A stretch of 64,000 nucleotides of DNA from Waddliaceae bacterium. Lineage in GTDB: Bacteria; Chlamydiota; Chlamydiia; Chlamydiales; SLFE01. The number at the start of each line of letters is the position of its first letter. Position 1 is the stretch's first letter. The DNA lies in assembly GCA_963771045.1 (NCBI GenBank), contig CAVYRW010000004.1, positions 1,792,001 to 1,856,000 on the forward strand, in the 5' to 3' direction. Of this stretch, positions 38,648-49,156 are shown piece by piece. The notes under the pieces are model-generated. The model worked only from the letters and a program-made list of their open reading frames with translations, did not search any database and was not told where the DNA came from. A program made the translations under genes and the position numbers.

Positions 38648-40180
38648 ATGGCTCTTAAAGTAGGAATATCAGTTAAAACCGCAGATTTCTTAACCCCTGC
38701 AGCAAAGCAATTTTCATCTTACACGGTAAATGTGGACGCCTCGGATAAATTATTTACCCCTGTTGCGATGCAATCTTCGTCTGAAATCAAAAATATCGAC
38801 GTTTCAAAGGCTAAGAGCACTGCCTCCAAAGCTAAGAAGGTTGCAGAGAAAACTTTCTTAAAATTCCCCTCTTTTGTTGGAAGTTCCTTGTTGAAATTCT
38901 TTTTAAAAGGAAAAAATATCTACTCTGTCGGCGGAAAAGCCGCGAAAGTCGGAAAAAGAGCCTGCAATATCTTCGAAAAAGCCACTCCCGGCAGAAGGCT
39001 AGGAGTCGCCGCAGGGAAAACCGGCAACCATTTCAAAATCCTCAACGCGCTTGAAATTCCCTTCAATATTTTCGATGCTGTCAAAGAAGTCATCTCCATC
39101 CCCTCTAAGATCAAAATTAAGGACTTGGAAGGGCTCGGACTGTCCGCAGCTTCAATCGGCCTGCTCGTCGGCGATACTTTCGACGCTGTGGCGACTATGG
39201 CCGACTATATCATCACTGGTTTTGTCGGGTCCAACCCGGTTCTCTCTATTGTGAGCCAAACCTTGCTTCCCCTGGGGATGGTTTTGGTCACCGGATCTTC
39301 CGCCTTAAAAGTGTATAAACTCGGAATTACGGCATTCGAGCTTCACCGCGTGAATAGGGCTCTTAGGAAAAAAGACCTTAATAAGATGCAAACACATCTC
39401 GACAAATTGGCAGGAATGACAAAGAAAGAAAGAAAGAAAATTTTAAATAAAGCAGAGAGAAAAACTCATTCTAAAATTGAAAAAAAAGTCAAATCCGAGT
39501 TGAAAAAGCAAGGATTAAAGAAAGAAACAGATGAATATACCGAGCAATTTGCAATAGAATTTCAAAAAGAACATGACGCTCACTTTGCAATATTAACTAA
39601 CGTTCGATTCCATAAAGAAGCAGCCAAGCTGAAAAAGCTTAAGACCAACCGATTGCAGCGAAGAACCAACGGAAAAGTCGCAAAAATCCTGACAGAAATT
39701 GTCAATGACCCTGAAAAAATAAACGATCCCGAGGAATTGCAAAAAGCCCTTAAGATGCTGAAAAAAAGCCTCATCAAGACCACTTGCGTCCACTCTGCCA
39801 ATATATTGACAAACATGATCATCCTAGCCGGCCTGGCTCTCTTCTTCGCTCCGGTTCCCCCGATTGCCCCCTTCGTGTTACTGGGAGTCGGCGCTCTCTT
39901 GAAACTGGGCATTACTGTCGGCGAAGAGTATGTGATCAGCGACAATCGCTTGATCCCAAAAGAGTATCGCAATGAATACTTAAAGAAGAAAGGATCGAAA
40001 AAATCCAGCTCCTTCGGGTTATTGGGCTTGATGGCAAAATGCGCAAAATCCGCAAGAGAATGCTTCGGCCTTCGTCACAAGGCAAAGTCTAATGCAAAAG
40101 AATATGTAAAACAGAAGCTATCTGAAAGAAGCCTCCAGCTGCAAAGAAGGCAATCCCTTTTACAGTCAGAATTCGCTTAA
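38648..40180 (+). CDS. Hypothetical membrane protein with bilobed hydrophobic segments and coiled coil (Inc-like)
   Basis: No signal peptide; Ser/Thr/Lys-rich duplicated N-terminus; hydrophobic hairpins at ~aa 160-225 and ~385-425 flank a Lys/Glu coiled coil. Confidence 0.7.
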   Translation: MALKVGISVKTADFLTPAAKQFSSYTVNVDASDKLFTPVAMQSSSEIKNIDVSKAKSTASKAKKVAEKTFLKFPSFVGSSLLKFFLKGKNIYSVGGKAAKVGKRACNIFEKATPGRRLGVAAGKTGNHFKILNALEIPFNIFDAVKEVISIPSKIKIKDLEGLGLSAASIGLLVGDTFDAVATMADYIITGFVGSNPVLSIVSQTLLPLGMVLVTGSSALKVYKLGITAFELHRVNRALRKKDLNKMQTHLDKLAGMTKKERKKILNKAERKTHSKIEKKVKSELKKQGLKKETDEYTEQFAIEFQKEHDAHFAILTNVRFHKEAAKLKKLKTNRLQRRTNGKVAKILTEIVNDPEKINDPEELQKALKMLKKSLIKTTCVHSANILTNMIILAGLALFFAPVPPIAPFVLLGVGALLKLGITVGEEYVISDNRLIPKEYRNEYLKKKGSKKSSSFGLLGLMAKCAKSARECFGLRHKAKSNAKEYVKQKLSERSLQLQRRQSLLQSEFA

Positions 40181-40182
40181 AG

Positions 40183-40216
40183 CCGTGATTGTGACCTAAT
40201 CTGAGGCCAATCACGG
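40183..40216 (+). repeat. Copy 1 of a 25-bp repeat, forming a short hairpin
   Basis: CCGTGATTGTGACCTAATCTGAGGC (40183-40207) followed by CAATCACGG, which pairs with its first 9 nt. Confidence 0.85.
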
Positions 40217-40290
40217 ATAAAAATCCCAAATTTAGTGGAATGCATTCCACTATTCGTAAGAAAAGCGGACTTGAATTAGTATCAGGGTCA

Positions 40291-41658
40291 ATGGACAAGG
40301 CCCAAGCGCACAGTCAAGCCGTCTCCCATATTCAGGCCATTTTGCGGGATAGGCACCCGGTTTTAGGGCATGCTCAAGAAAAGCGCCATTCCAATATGAC
40401 CCAAAAAAAAGCCTCTAAAACAAGGCAGCTTGGCCTAAACTCTCTAAAAAACGTGCTGAAAATCAACCCCGATAAAAAAACCGTAGTAGCAGAGCCGGCA
40501 GTCACTATGGAAGAACTTGCCGCAGCGACTCTGCCCCTTGGACTCATTCCGCCCGTTATTCCCGAATTTAAAGGGATTACAATAGGCGGCGCAATCAATG
40601 GAGGAGCCCTTGAAAGCAGCTCGCATCGCTACGGACAATTCAACGATACCTGCCTCTCCTACGAAATCATGCTCGGCAATGGAGAAATTATCACCGCCTC
40701 TCCAAAAAACAATGCCGACCTTTACTGCGGAATGCCCGGCTCTTACGGAACACTCGGTTTTCTACTGTCAGCTGAAATTCAACTGATACCTGCCGCAGGG
40801 TGTATCGAATTAAATTGCCGCAAATTCTCATCCATCCATGAAACCGTTTCGTTTTTAAGAAATAATTCATTCGATTGGATGGAAGCGATCATTTTAAGCG
40901 GGGACAAATCTTTGGTGATTTGGGGATCGCAAACCGCTGATAAAACACCCTCTCTCAAGTTCTCCTCGTATCGGGATCCGTGGTTTTACTCTTATTGCGG
41001 CCTGAAGGAAAATTTTTGTGAAACGATCGCCTTTCAAGATTATTTTTTTCGGCATGATAGGGGAGCCTTTTGGATGGGAGGCTACGCCTTAAATCCCTCA
41101 TTTTTTTCCCGCTACTTTCTGCATAAAGCCGGCATTCCCAGCCGCCCGCCTCACTCGCTGCCGAAGAATCCCGGCCCACTTTTCCGGTCACTATTCGGAA
41201 GGATGTTCAGCAGCCAATCGCTCTATAGCAGGCTCCATGCCGACAATGATTGGTTTGAAACACAATTTGTGATTCAGGATTTTACCCTCCCTGAAGAAAA
41301 AGCGGCAGACTTCATCGATTACGTTATCAAACGATGGAAAATAAAACCCCTTTGGCTTTGCCCGATAAAATCAACAACCGCTCCGCAAATTTTCTCCGCG
41401 CACAAGCAGAGTAAAGAAGGCTTAGTATTCAATGTCGGCGTCTACGGAATGCCGTTTGGCGCCAAAGGGCCGGAGGCCGTGCGCGAGTTGGAGCAGCTAG
41501 CCTTTGAGCTCGGCGGTAAAAAACTGCTCTACAGTCTTAACTGCATGTCCGAAAATGAATTTTGGTCTCTATATCCTAAGGAAGCCTATTGCCGGCTTAG
41601 AGAAAAGCATCATTTTAACGGAGCTAGCCCAACAATAATTGACAAATTAATCTCTTGA
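40291..41658 (+). CDS. FAD-binding oxidoreductase, delta24-sterol reductase (DHCR24)-like
   Basis: AEPAVTMEEL, PPVIPEFKGITIGGAINGGALESSSHRYG, PGSYGTLG, DYFFRHDRGAFWMG, PLWLCP, LGGKKLLYS. Start is 40240 or 40291. Confidence 0.85.
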   Translation: MDKAQAHSQAVSHIQAILRDRHPVLGHAQEKRHSNMTQKKASKTRQLGLNSLKNVLKINPDKKTVVAEPAVTMEELAAATLPLGLIPPVIPEFKGITIGGAINGGALESSSHRYGQFNDTCLSYEIMLGNGEIITASPKNNADLYCGMPGSYGTLGFLLSAEIQLIPAAGCIELNCRKFSSIHETVSFLRNNSFDWMEAIILSGDKSLVIWGSQTADKTPSLKFSSYRDPWFYSYCGLKENFCETIAFQDYFFRHDRGAFWMGGYALNPSFFSRYFLHKAGIPSRPPHSLPKNPGPLFRSLFGRMFSSQSLYSRLHADNDWFETQFVIQDFTLPEEKAADFIDYVIKRWKIKPLWLCPIKSTTAPQIFSAHKQSKEGLVFNVGVYGMPFGAKGPEAVRELEQLAFELGGKKLLYSLNCMSENEFWSLYPKEAYCRLREKHHFNGASPTIIDKLIS

Positions 41659-41666
41659 TGTACAAT
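41639..41666 (+). promoter_or_regulatory. Putative sigma66 promoter of the RND operon
   Basis: TTGACA-N16-TACAAT, overlapped by the palindrome ATTCAATTGAAT (41665-41676). Confidence 0.5.
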
Positions 41667-41692
41667 TCAATTGAATACAGCTGAAAACTCAA

Positions 41693-43114
41693 ATGAAACT
41701 TAGTATTATCTTTATAGCATTGCTTTTTATATTAAGCAGCTGTAATCCAAGGGCCGCTATCGATCCCTGGAGCTACGCTCCTCCGTGCTACGATCGGAAC
41801 TGGAATCCGGCCCCCTGCCAGAAAGACGAGATCCCCAAGTGCCTTCTGATGGAATCGGCCGAGTGCGATGAGGGCTGCGTGGAAAACAATACCACTCTGT
41901 GCGACCTTATCGATTTGGCTCTAAGAAAAAGCCCCGCCACAAAAATCACCTGGGCCAAGGCAAGAATCGCCGCCTCCGAGTATGGAATCGGACAATCCCC
42001 TTTTTATCCCGAACTGGACTTCGACACGTTTTGGCTGGCAATTAAAACGCCGGGATTTTTTGGAGGCAGTGAATTTAGCGTCAACACGTTTCAGGAGTAT
42101 GCCCCCTATCTTAGCCTCAGTTATCTGGTTTGGGATTTTGGAACGACAAGAGCGCAAAGCCAAGCCCTCTACCAAAGCCTGCTGGCTGCCAATTGGAGCC
42201 ATAATCAGGAAATTCAAAGGCTCATGACCGACGTCACTCTCGACTATTATACATACATCACCGATCAGGAAAAACTCCTGGCAGGCGTGGCGAACCTGCA
42301 TGATGCCGAAACGACATTAAACGCGACCGAAGCCAAGCACGGACGGGGAATTACCAATATCACAGATGTTCTGACAGCAAAAACGGAATTGGCCAAGCAG
42401 ACCATTCAGCTCATTACGGATGAACAGGCTGTTGCCGATTCTCTGGCGATGCTTTTAGCTGAAACCGGCCTTCCTGCAAATGCCTGCATCCATGTGGAAA
42501 GCTTCGCCGATTGCATTGACGAAGATGAGTTTCTCACGTCGGTGGACAACTTCATTTGCCTTGCCTACGAAGCGAGGCCGGACCTCTACTCGGCCTATGC
42601 GAGGGTCTTGTCCGACGAGGCCAACCTGAAAGCCGCCCAAAGGCAGCAGCTTCCCCAAGTGACTTTCAATGGAGATGTCGGAGAATACTTTTTCAATCCA
42701 GGAAACTTAAGCGATTATGGATACAATGCCACGTTTTCTTTAAATTTTCCCATTTTCCAGGGATGGTATTACAAAAACCAGATCCGGGAAGCCAAGGCCG
42801 AACTGCAGCTTTCGCAAGCAGAGCTAAGAGCCGTTGAAGTGCAGATGGTCAAAGACGTTGTGACTAGTTATCAGGACTTTTATTTCGCAACCGATCTTGT
42901 AAAAGTCAATAAAGAATATGTCTGCCTCGCAGAAGAAACATTCAACGCCAACCTCGCAGAATATAAAATGGGAACGATTGACATAACAACTTTGGTCAAT
43001 TCCCAAACGAACCTGGCCGATGCCCGGTATTCCCTGGCAGACGCCAAAAAACAGTGGTATGACGCCCTGGCCAATCTCACATTTGCAACAGGAACCGTCA
43101 CAAGATGCAGGTAG
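41693..43114 (+). CDS. TolC-family outer membrane efflux lipoprotein
   Basis: Lipobox LSSC; two OEP-like repeats (PFYPEL, RPDL...LPQV, YKMGTID); first gene of an OMF-MFP-RND operon. Confidence 0.9.
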   Translation: MKLSIIFIALLFILSSCNPRAAIDPWSYAPPCYDRNWNPAPCQKDEIPKCLLMESAECDEGCVENNTTLCDLIDLALRKSPATKITWAKARIAASEYGIGQSPFYPELDFDTFWLAIKTPGFFGGSEFSVNTFQEYAPYLSLSYLVWDFGTTRAQSQALYQSLLAANWSHNQEIQRLMTDVTLDYYTYITDQEKLLAGVANLHDAETTLNATEAKHGRGITNITDVLTAKTELAKQTIQLITDEQAVADSLAMLLAETGLPANACIHVESFADCIDEDEFLTSVDNFICLAYEARPDLYSAYARVLSDEANLKAAQRQQLPQVTFNGDVGEYFFNPGNLSDYGYNATFSLNFPIFQGWYYKNQIREAKAELQLSQAELRAVEVQMVKDVVTSYQDFYFATDLVKVNKEYVCLAEETFNANLAEYKMGTIDITTLVNSQTNLADARYSLADAKKQWYDALANLTFATGTVTRCR

Positions 43115-43118
43115 AAAT

Positions 43119-44225
43119 ATGAAAAAAATCCTCAGTCTCATTCTGCTTATCGCCGTTTTTTCGGCTTGCGAGAAAACTGAGACGAAAACAAAACCAATCC
43201 CTTATGTCGAGCTCGGAGACGCCGTTTCCAAAACCGTCCCCTACATGATCGACACCATCGGCAATACTGCCGCCTACCAATCGGTCGACATACAGCCCCA
43301 GGTAAGCGGCGAGCTCATCGGATACTTTTTCGCCGACGGCCAGGACGTCGAAGGGGGAGACCTGCTCTTCACAATCGATCCCAACCTCTACGAAGCCGAG
43401 CTGGAAGAGGCCAAAGGGCAGTACATCCAGTCGAAGGCCCAGCTCAGATACAATGAAGACAAGGTCGCCAGATACACTCCGCTCACTGCCGAAGATTACG
43501 TCTCGGCGCTCGATTACGACGAGTATGTCTCCAATGTCAAAGAAGCTAAAGGAATGGTCATTCAATCCAAAGGCGCCGTCGATAAAGCCAATGTCAATTT
43601 GGGCTACTGCACAATCGCTGCGCCGTTTAGCGGAAGATGCGGCAGGCATTTGATCGATCCGGGAAATATCGTCCATCCCGAAGATGGAATGCCGCTTTTG
43701 ACAATCAACATGATCTCTCCGATCTACGCCATGATCTCCATTCCCGAAAAGTATTTTTTCGATATGATGAAGTACAACAAAAAAGCCGAAGAAGGACTCA
43801 AAGTGACCATCTCTGTCATCGGTAATGAAAGTGTCAAACACCGCGGACGCCTCGACTTTGTCAACAATACAGTCGATTCCAAATCGGGCACTTTGACAGT
43901 CAGGGCCGTATTTCCCAATAAAGACAAATCCCTCTGGCCCGGGCAGTTTCTGCACGCTAATATCGAGCTATATGAAATTCCAAATGCCGTTTTGGTTCCC
44001 GAAGAGGCCGTCGGCCTTGACACAAAAGGAAACTATATCTTTGTCGCCGACGAAAAAAATAAAACCGTTCAAAAGAGATCGGTCACCCTGGGACAAAATA
44101 TAAGCCGGATGCGGGTGATCTCAAAAGGAGTCAAAGCGGGAGAAAAGGTAGTGATAAACGGTCAGCTTGGCTTAAACGACGGCTCAAAATACCAGCTGAA
44201 GCAAGAGGAGAAAACCTCTACATGA
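43119..44225 (+). CDS. RND periplasmic adaptor (MdtA/AcrA-like)
   Basis: Lipobox FSAC; VDIQPQVSG, LFTIDP, TIAAPFSG, LWPGQF. Confidence 0.93.
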   Translation: MKKILSLILLIAVFSACEKTETKTKPIPYVELGDAVSKTVPYMIDTIGNTAAYQSVDIQPQVSGELIGYFFADGQDVEGGDLLFTIDPNLYEAELEEAKGQYIQSKAQLRYNEDKVARYTPLTAEDYVSALDYDEYVSNVKEAKGMVIQSKGAVDKANVNLGYCTIAAPFSGRCGRHLIDPGNIVHPEDGMPLLTINMISPIYAMISIPEKYFFDMMKYNKKAEEGLKVTISVIGNESVKHRGRLDFVNNTVDSKSGTLTVRAVFPNKDKSLWPGQFLHANIELYEIPNAVLVPEEAVGLDTKGNYIFVADEKNKTVQKRSVTLGQNISRMRVISKGVKAGEKVVINGQLGLNDGSKYQLKQEEKTST

Positions 44226-47200
44226 ACCTGTCGGAACCCTTCATACGCCGCCCTGTAATGACGACTCTGGTGATGTCGGGACTTCTCATCTTCGGCATCA
44301 TGGCGTATTTCAAACTGCCGATCAGCGACCTTCCCAGCATCGCCTATCCCACAATCCTCGTGAATGCCTCGAATCCGGGCATGGACCCTGAAACAATGGC
44401 CTCGAATGTCGCCACCCCTTTAGAACAGCAGCTCATGCAAATTGAAGGAATCCAGTCGATTTTGTCCACATCAAACAACGGTCAAACGAAAATCATTCTC
44501 CTGTTTGATCTCAGCAAAGATATCGACGAAGCCTCGACCGATGTCAGCGCGGCGCTGACCAGGGCTCAAGGAAACCTCCCTCCGGAAATGCCCAATCCGC
44601 CGACCTATAGGAAAACCAATCCGTCGGACGCTCCTGTGCTGTACATTTCCGTCTCCTCTGAAACCGCAACCCTCGGGGATCTGTACGATTACGCCAACAA
44701 CGGGGTGGCCCAAAGGGCTTCCATGATATCGGGAGTCTCCCAGGTACAGGTATACGGAAGCCCCAGGGCTACCAGAGTCAAAGTCAATCCCGACAAACTC
44801 GCCGCCATGAACCTCGGCTTAAACGAAGTGACTCAAGCTGTCGTCAATGCCAATCAATCGCTTCCCTCAGGAACCGTCTATGACAAGTACCTCTCGTATA
44901 CATTGAATCCCTTAGGACAAGTGCTGAGCGGCCCCGATTACAACGATGTCATCGTCGCCCAAAGAAACGGCAATCCTATTTATATCAAGGACATCGGCGA
45001 AGGGATCGACAGTACAGCCAACGAGTATTATTACTTCCGCTACTGGAACAGGGAAGCTGGAGAAAAGCCCGCCAACGTCGTTGCCATCACAAAGCAAAGC
45101 GGCTTCAACACTGTTAAACTCTGCGACACAATCCGGGGTATGCTCCCCGAATTCGAGGCTTCGCTACCCGCTTCGGTCAATCTGGACGTCCTCTACGACG
45201 CCTCGATCGCCATCAATGAGTCGATCAATGATGTGAAATTTACGCTGCTTTTAGCGTTCATACTGGTTGTTTTGGTCATTTTTCTTTTTCTCGGCAACAT
45301 GTCCACAACCATTATTCCGAGCGTTGCCCTTCCCATGGCGATCATCGGCACATTTGCCGTCATGCTGATCAACGGCTACAGCATCGATATTCTTTCCATG
45401 ATGGGACTCACGCTTGTCGTCGGATTTTTAGTCGACGATGCCATCGTGGTTTTAGAAAATATCGTCCGCCATATGGACATGGGAAAACCTCCTTTTGAAG
45501 CAGCTCTTGACGGCTCAAAGCAAATCAGCAGCACCGTTCTTTCCATGACCCTGTCGCTGAGCGCGGTTTTTATCCCCGTGATTTTTATGCCGGGCATCAT
45601 TGGCCGGCTGTTTCACGAGTTCGGCATGGTCGTTGTCATCGCCGTTCTCTTTTCGGGAATGATATCGCTCACGCTGACGCCGATGCTCTGCTCGCGGTTT
45701 TTAAGGCCCTCGCAAGACTCGAGAATTCAAAAATTTGCAAATAAAGTCATGAATACCATGATCGGATGGTATTCACCGGCGCTCAAGTGGGTTTTGAAAC
45801 ACCCCCTCGTTCCCTTGGTTGCCGCAGCGGCTTCCTTCCTTGTCGCCCTCTGGCTTTTTACAGTTATCCCCCAGGACTTTCTCCCCGCCGGCGACACCGG
45901 AGCCATCAGGGGGCTGACTGTCGCTCCCCAAAATGTGAGCCTCCATTCCATGGCGGCTTTGCAAAACAACCTCACCAACCAGCTCAAACAAAACCCTTAT
46001 ATTGAAAACATCATCTCCGTTGCCAATCTCCCCGAAGTCGAGCCGGCAAATCAGGGAATCATCTTCGTATCGCTTGTCGACAGCAGCAAAAGACCCGGAA
46101 TTCAAACGGTCATGCAGCAGATCAATACGCTCATCCATAAAGTTGTTGGAATCGACGCCTTCCTCACACCCATCCCGCAAATCAACTTAAGCGTCGGAAC
46201 AGGCGTCCAGCAGGGCAATTACTCCTATGCCCTCTCCACTTTACTGGATCCTCAGGAACTTTATGAATCGGCCTTCAAGTTGACCCAAAAGCTCAAAGAA
46301 TATCCCGAGCTGGCAAGCGTCAGCAGCGATATGCAAATCATGAGCCCGCAACTCAATGTCACAATGCAAAGAGACCAGGCCTCGAATTTCGGCATCAGCA
46401 TTAAAGATATTGAAACGGCTTTTGCCGAAGGCTACAGCGGCATGAGGGTCTCAACCTACAACACTCCGCTCAATATCTACAACATTGTTGTGGAAATGGA
46501 AGACGACTACAAACTGGATCCGCAAGCGCTGAAAAAAATCCGGCTGAAATCAACTGACCCTAATGCCGAACTTGTCCCTTTGGAATCTGTCGCCGACTGG
46601 AAGGTCGTAACAGGCCCCATTTCCGTCAATCACACCGACCAGGCCACATCAGCTACGATCTTTTTCAATCTCGCACCGAACGCTGCTCTGGGAACTGTGA
46701 TCCAAAAAATCGAAAAAAACGCGAAAGAAATTTTACCCGAAACGATACTGCGCAGCTTTCAAGGCGAGGCAAGCATTTTCAAGGGAACAATGGGATCGAT
46801 GAGCGTCCTTCTTGTTATCGGAGTCTTGGTTATTTATCTTCTCCTCGGAAGCTTATACGAGAGCTTTATCCACCCCATCACGATTCTCTCGACTCTTCCC
46901 GGAGCTCTCTTTGGGGGATTGATCACGCTTCTTGTTTTCGGGGCGACGCTTTCGCTCTATGCGTATGTCGGGATGATCGTGCTGATCGGGATCGTGATGA
47001 AAAACGGGATCATGATGATCGAGTTTGCCATCGAGGAAATCGAGCATGGGAAAACTCCGGAAGAGGCGGCCGTTTCTGCCGCGGAAGTCAGGTTCCGTCC
47101 CATCCTTATGACAACTGTCGCCGCCGCCATGGGCGCCGTCCCTATAGCCCTTGGCTTCGGCGCCGACGCCGCGTCCCGAAGACCCCTCGGCCTTGTCATA

Positions 47201-47308
47201 CTCGGAGGCCTTATATTTGCTCAGTTCATCACTTACTTCTTCACTCCTGTCGTCTATATCTACCTGGAAAAACTTCAGGAAAAACTCAAAAAGAAAAAGA
47301 ACTCTTAA
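44222..47308 (+). CDS. RND efflux transporter (MdtB/MdtC-like)
   Basis: MNLSEPFIRRPVMTTL, GFLVDDAIVVLENI, SLTLTPMLCSRFL, GIVMKNGIMM, RFRPILMTT; 1028 aa. Confidence 0.96.
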   Translation: MNLSEPFIRRPVMTTLVMSGLLIFGIMAYFKLPISDLPSIAYPTILVNASNPGMDPETMASNVATPLEQQLMQIEGIQSILSTSNNGQTKIILLFDLSKDIDEASTDVSAALTRAQGNLPPEMPNPPTYRKTNPSDAPVLYISVSSETATLGDLYDYANNGVAQRASMISGVSQVQVYGSPRATRVKVNPDKLAAMNLGLNEVTQAVVNANQSLPSGTVYDKYLSYTLNPLGQVLSGPDYNDVIVAQRNGNPIYIKDIGEGIDSTANEYYYFRYWNREAGEKPANVVAITKQSGFNTVKLCDTIRGMLPEFEASLPASVNLDVLYDASIAINESINDVKFTLLLAFILVVLVIFLFLGNMSTTIIPSVALPMAIIGTFAVMLINGYSIDILSMMGLTLVVGFLVDDAIVVLENIVRHMDMGKPPFEAALDGSKQISSTVLSMTLSLSAVFIPVIFMPGIIGRLFHEFGMVVVIAVLFSGMISLTLTPMLCSRFLRPSQDSRIQKFANKVMNTMIGWYSPALKWVLKHPLVPLVAAAASFLVALWLFTVIPQDFLPAGDTGAIRGLTVAPQNVSLHSMAALQNNLTNQLKQNPYIENIISVANLPEVEPANQGIIFVSLVDSSKRPGIQTVMQQINTLIHKVVGIDAFLTPIPQINLSVGTGVQQGNYSYALSTLLDPQELYESAFKLTQKLKEYPELASVSSDMQIMSPQLNVTMQRDQASNFGISIKDIETAFAEGYSGMRVSTYNTPLNIYNIVVEMEDDYKLDPQALKKIRLKSTDPNAELVPLESVADWKVVTGPISVNHTDQATSATIFFNLAPNAALGTVIQKIEKNAKEILPETILRSFQGEASIFKGTMGSMSVLLVIGVLVIYLLLGSLYESFIHPITILSTLPGALFGGLITLLVFGATLSLYAYVGMIVLIGIVMKNGIMMIEFAIEEIEHGKTPEEAAVSAAEVRFRPILMTTVAAAMGAVPIALGFGADAASRRPLGLVILGGLIFAQFITYFFTPVVYIYLEKLQEKLKKKKNS

Positions 47309-47360
47309 CATAAAAAAACTTTTTTTTTAATATGATTTCGAAGATTTTTTCGGGATTGTC

Positions 47361-48203
47361 ATGCGAAGCTGGTTTTTAATATTTGTTTTTTTGTTCTCAT
47401 ATCTTGATGCGAAATCCTACCAATTAACAAACGATCCTATCGATATCGTGATTCCCTGCTGCGGCAAAGATATCGAAGTGCTTGATCTTTGCATTGAAGG
47501 CGCCAAAGAGAATGTAGCCAATTTTCGGCGTATCATTGTCGTCTCTGCCGAAAAATACACAGATAACGCCGAATGGTTCGATGAAAATGACTACCCCTTT
47601 TCACTTCGCGATGTCGCGCATGAATTGATTGACAACGACAATAAAGCCGAAAAATATTTAAAGTACGGAGGCCGCGTCGGATGGTATTTCCAACAGCTTC
47701 TGAAACTTTATGCGCACCTTGTCATTCCTGGACTTTCTGCGAACGTCCTGATCCTTGACGCGGACACGATCTTTTTAAAGCCGGTCTCTTTTTTAAATGA
47801 GCAAAACGGAGGATTGTACGCAACCGCTAGCAGTATGCACCCCCCATATTTCAAACATATGAAAAAGCTGATTCCCGATTTCGGCCCAGTTTATGAAAAC
47901 GTATCCGGCATTGCTCATCATATGCTCTTTCAAAAAGCCATTATCCTGGACCTGTTGCAAACCATCGAAGGGATCCACCAAATCGAAGCGTGGAAGATCC
48001 TTTGCCGCCTGGTTGACAACAAAAGTTTGTACTACTCGGGATTTTCGGAATACGAAATTTACTTTAACTTCGTCTTTTCTCAAACCGACCAGATAGAAAT
48101 CCGCCCGTTAAACTTCCGGGATATTGCCCGATTAAAAGATATTCCCTACTGGAAAAAACAAGGATACGATTTTGTGTCATGTCATTCATATATGAGAGAA
48201 TAA
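47361..48203 (+). CDS. Exported GT-A fold glycosyltransferase-like protein
   Basis: Signal peptide; IDIVIP, GWYFQQLLKL, DxD motif ILDADTIF, FSEYEIY. Confidence 0.7.
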   Translation: MRSWFLIFVFLFSYLDAKSYQLTNDPIDIVIPCCGKDIEVLDLCIEGAKENVANFRRIIVVSAEKYTDNAEWFDENDYPFSLRDVAHELIDNDNKAEKYLKYGGRVGWYFQQLLKLYAHLVIPGLSANVLILDADTIFLKPVSFLNEQNGGLYATASSMHPPYFKHMKKLIPDFGPVYENVSGIAHHMLFQKAIILDLLQTIEGIHQIEAWKILCRLVDNKSLYYSGFSEYEIYFNFVFSQTDQIEIRPLNFRDIARLKDIPYWKKQGYDFVSCHSYMRE

Positions 48204-49156
48204 ATAAATTTTTTTTCCTTATTGCCTGCCTTTGTTCCCTTCTCTTTGGCGAGGAGTTTTGCATTGTCTATGTTCATATCGGCGATACCATTCCCGAGTA
48301 TGCCCATGATGCCATTTCCCAGGCGGCATTATTCAATCCCGAGTGCCCCGTTTACATGCTGGCATCTCAAGAGGCGCTAGGCAAATTTGACGATCCCATA
48401 GCGATCGGCATCCCCCTTGAAGAGCTGGAAATGTCCGAGCACCATAAAGGCTTTTTAAACGACTATCCCATTAAAGACGGACTCTTCCTTTTTTCTCTCG
48501 AGAGGTTCTTTTATCTCGAAGAATTTATGAGTCAGTTCAATCAAAACCACGTCTTTCACTTTGAATACGACAACATGCTTTATGCCGACTTAAACGAGCT
48601 CCTCCCTATTTTTCAGCAGTGCTATCCTCAGGCCGCGGTTCCATTCGATAATGACGAAAGAGCCATACCCGGAATTGTCTATATCTCTTCGCCGAAGTCC
48701 ATGACATGCCTGGCAGCCTTCATCTCGGATTACGCCTCCAAACGCTTTTATGACATGTACATGCTCGGGTATTATAAAAATGTGACGGAAAAGACAGGAA
48801 TCGATCACCTGCCGATCATTCACAAAAGCTACACCGAAGAAAACGCACTTATCAGTCCACGTAAACACATAGCAAAAAAACCCGAGGATTACAGCCGCAA
48901 CATAGAAAAGTTCAACTCAATTTTTGACGCCGCTGCCATCGGCCAATATCTTGGCGGGATTGATCCGAGTTATAATAAAAACTCAGAGCCCGGCTTTATT
49001 AACGAAAGCTGCGTTTTCAACCCATCGAAACTGATATATATTTGGGAAGAAGATGCCCTTGGGAGAAAAGTCCCCTACGCAATTTACAAAAAAGAGAAAA
49101 GACGAATCAACAACATTCATGTTCACTGTAAAAATTTGAAAAAATTTGCCTCATGA
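48179..49156 (+). CDS. Exported glycosyltransferase-like hypothetical protein
   Basis: Signal-like N-terminus; ERFFYL, HFEYDNMLY (ExD), IFDAAAIGQYLGG, NIHVHCK. Confidence 0.55.
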   Translation: MSFIYERINKFFFLIACLCSLLFGEEFCIVYVHIGDTIPEYAHDAISQAALFNPECPVYMLASQEALGKFDDPIAIGIPLEELEMSEHHKGFLNDYPIKDGLFLFSLERFFYLEEFMSQFNQNHVFHFEYDNMLYADLNELLPIFQQCYPQAAVPFDNDERAIPGIVYISSPKSMTCLAAFISDYASKRFYDMYMLGYYKNVTEKTGIDHLPIIHKSYTEENALISPRKHIAKKPEDYSRNIEKFNSIFDAAAIGQYLGGIDPSYNKNSEPGFINESCVFNPSKLIYIWEEDALGRKVPYAIYKKEKRRINNIHVHCKNLKKFAS

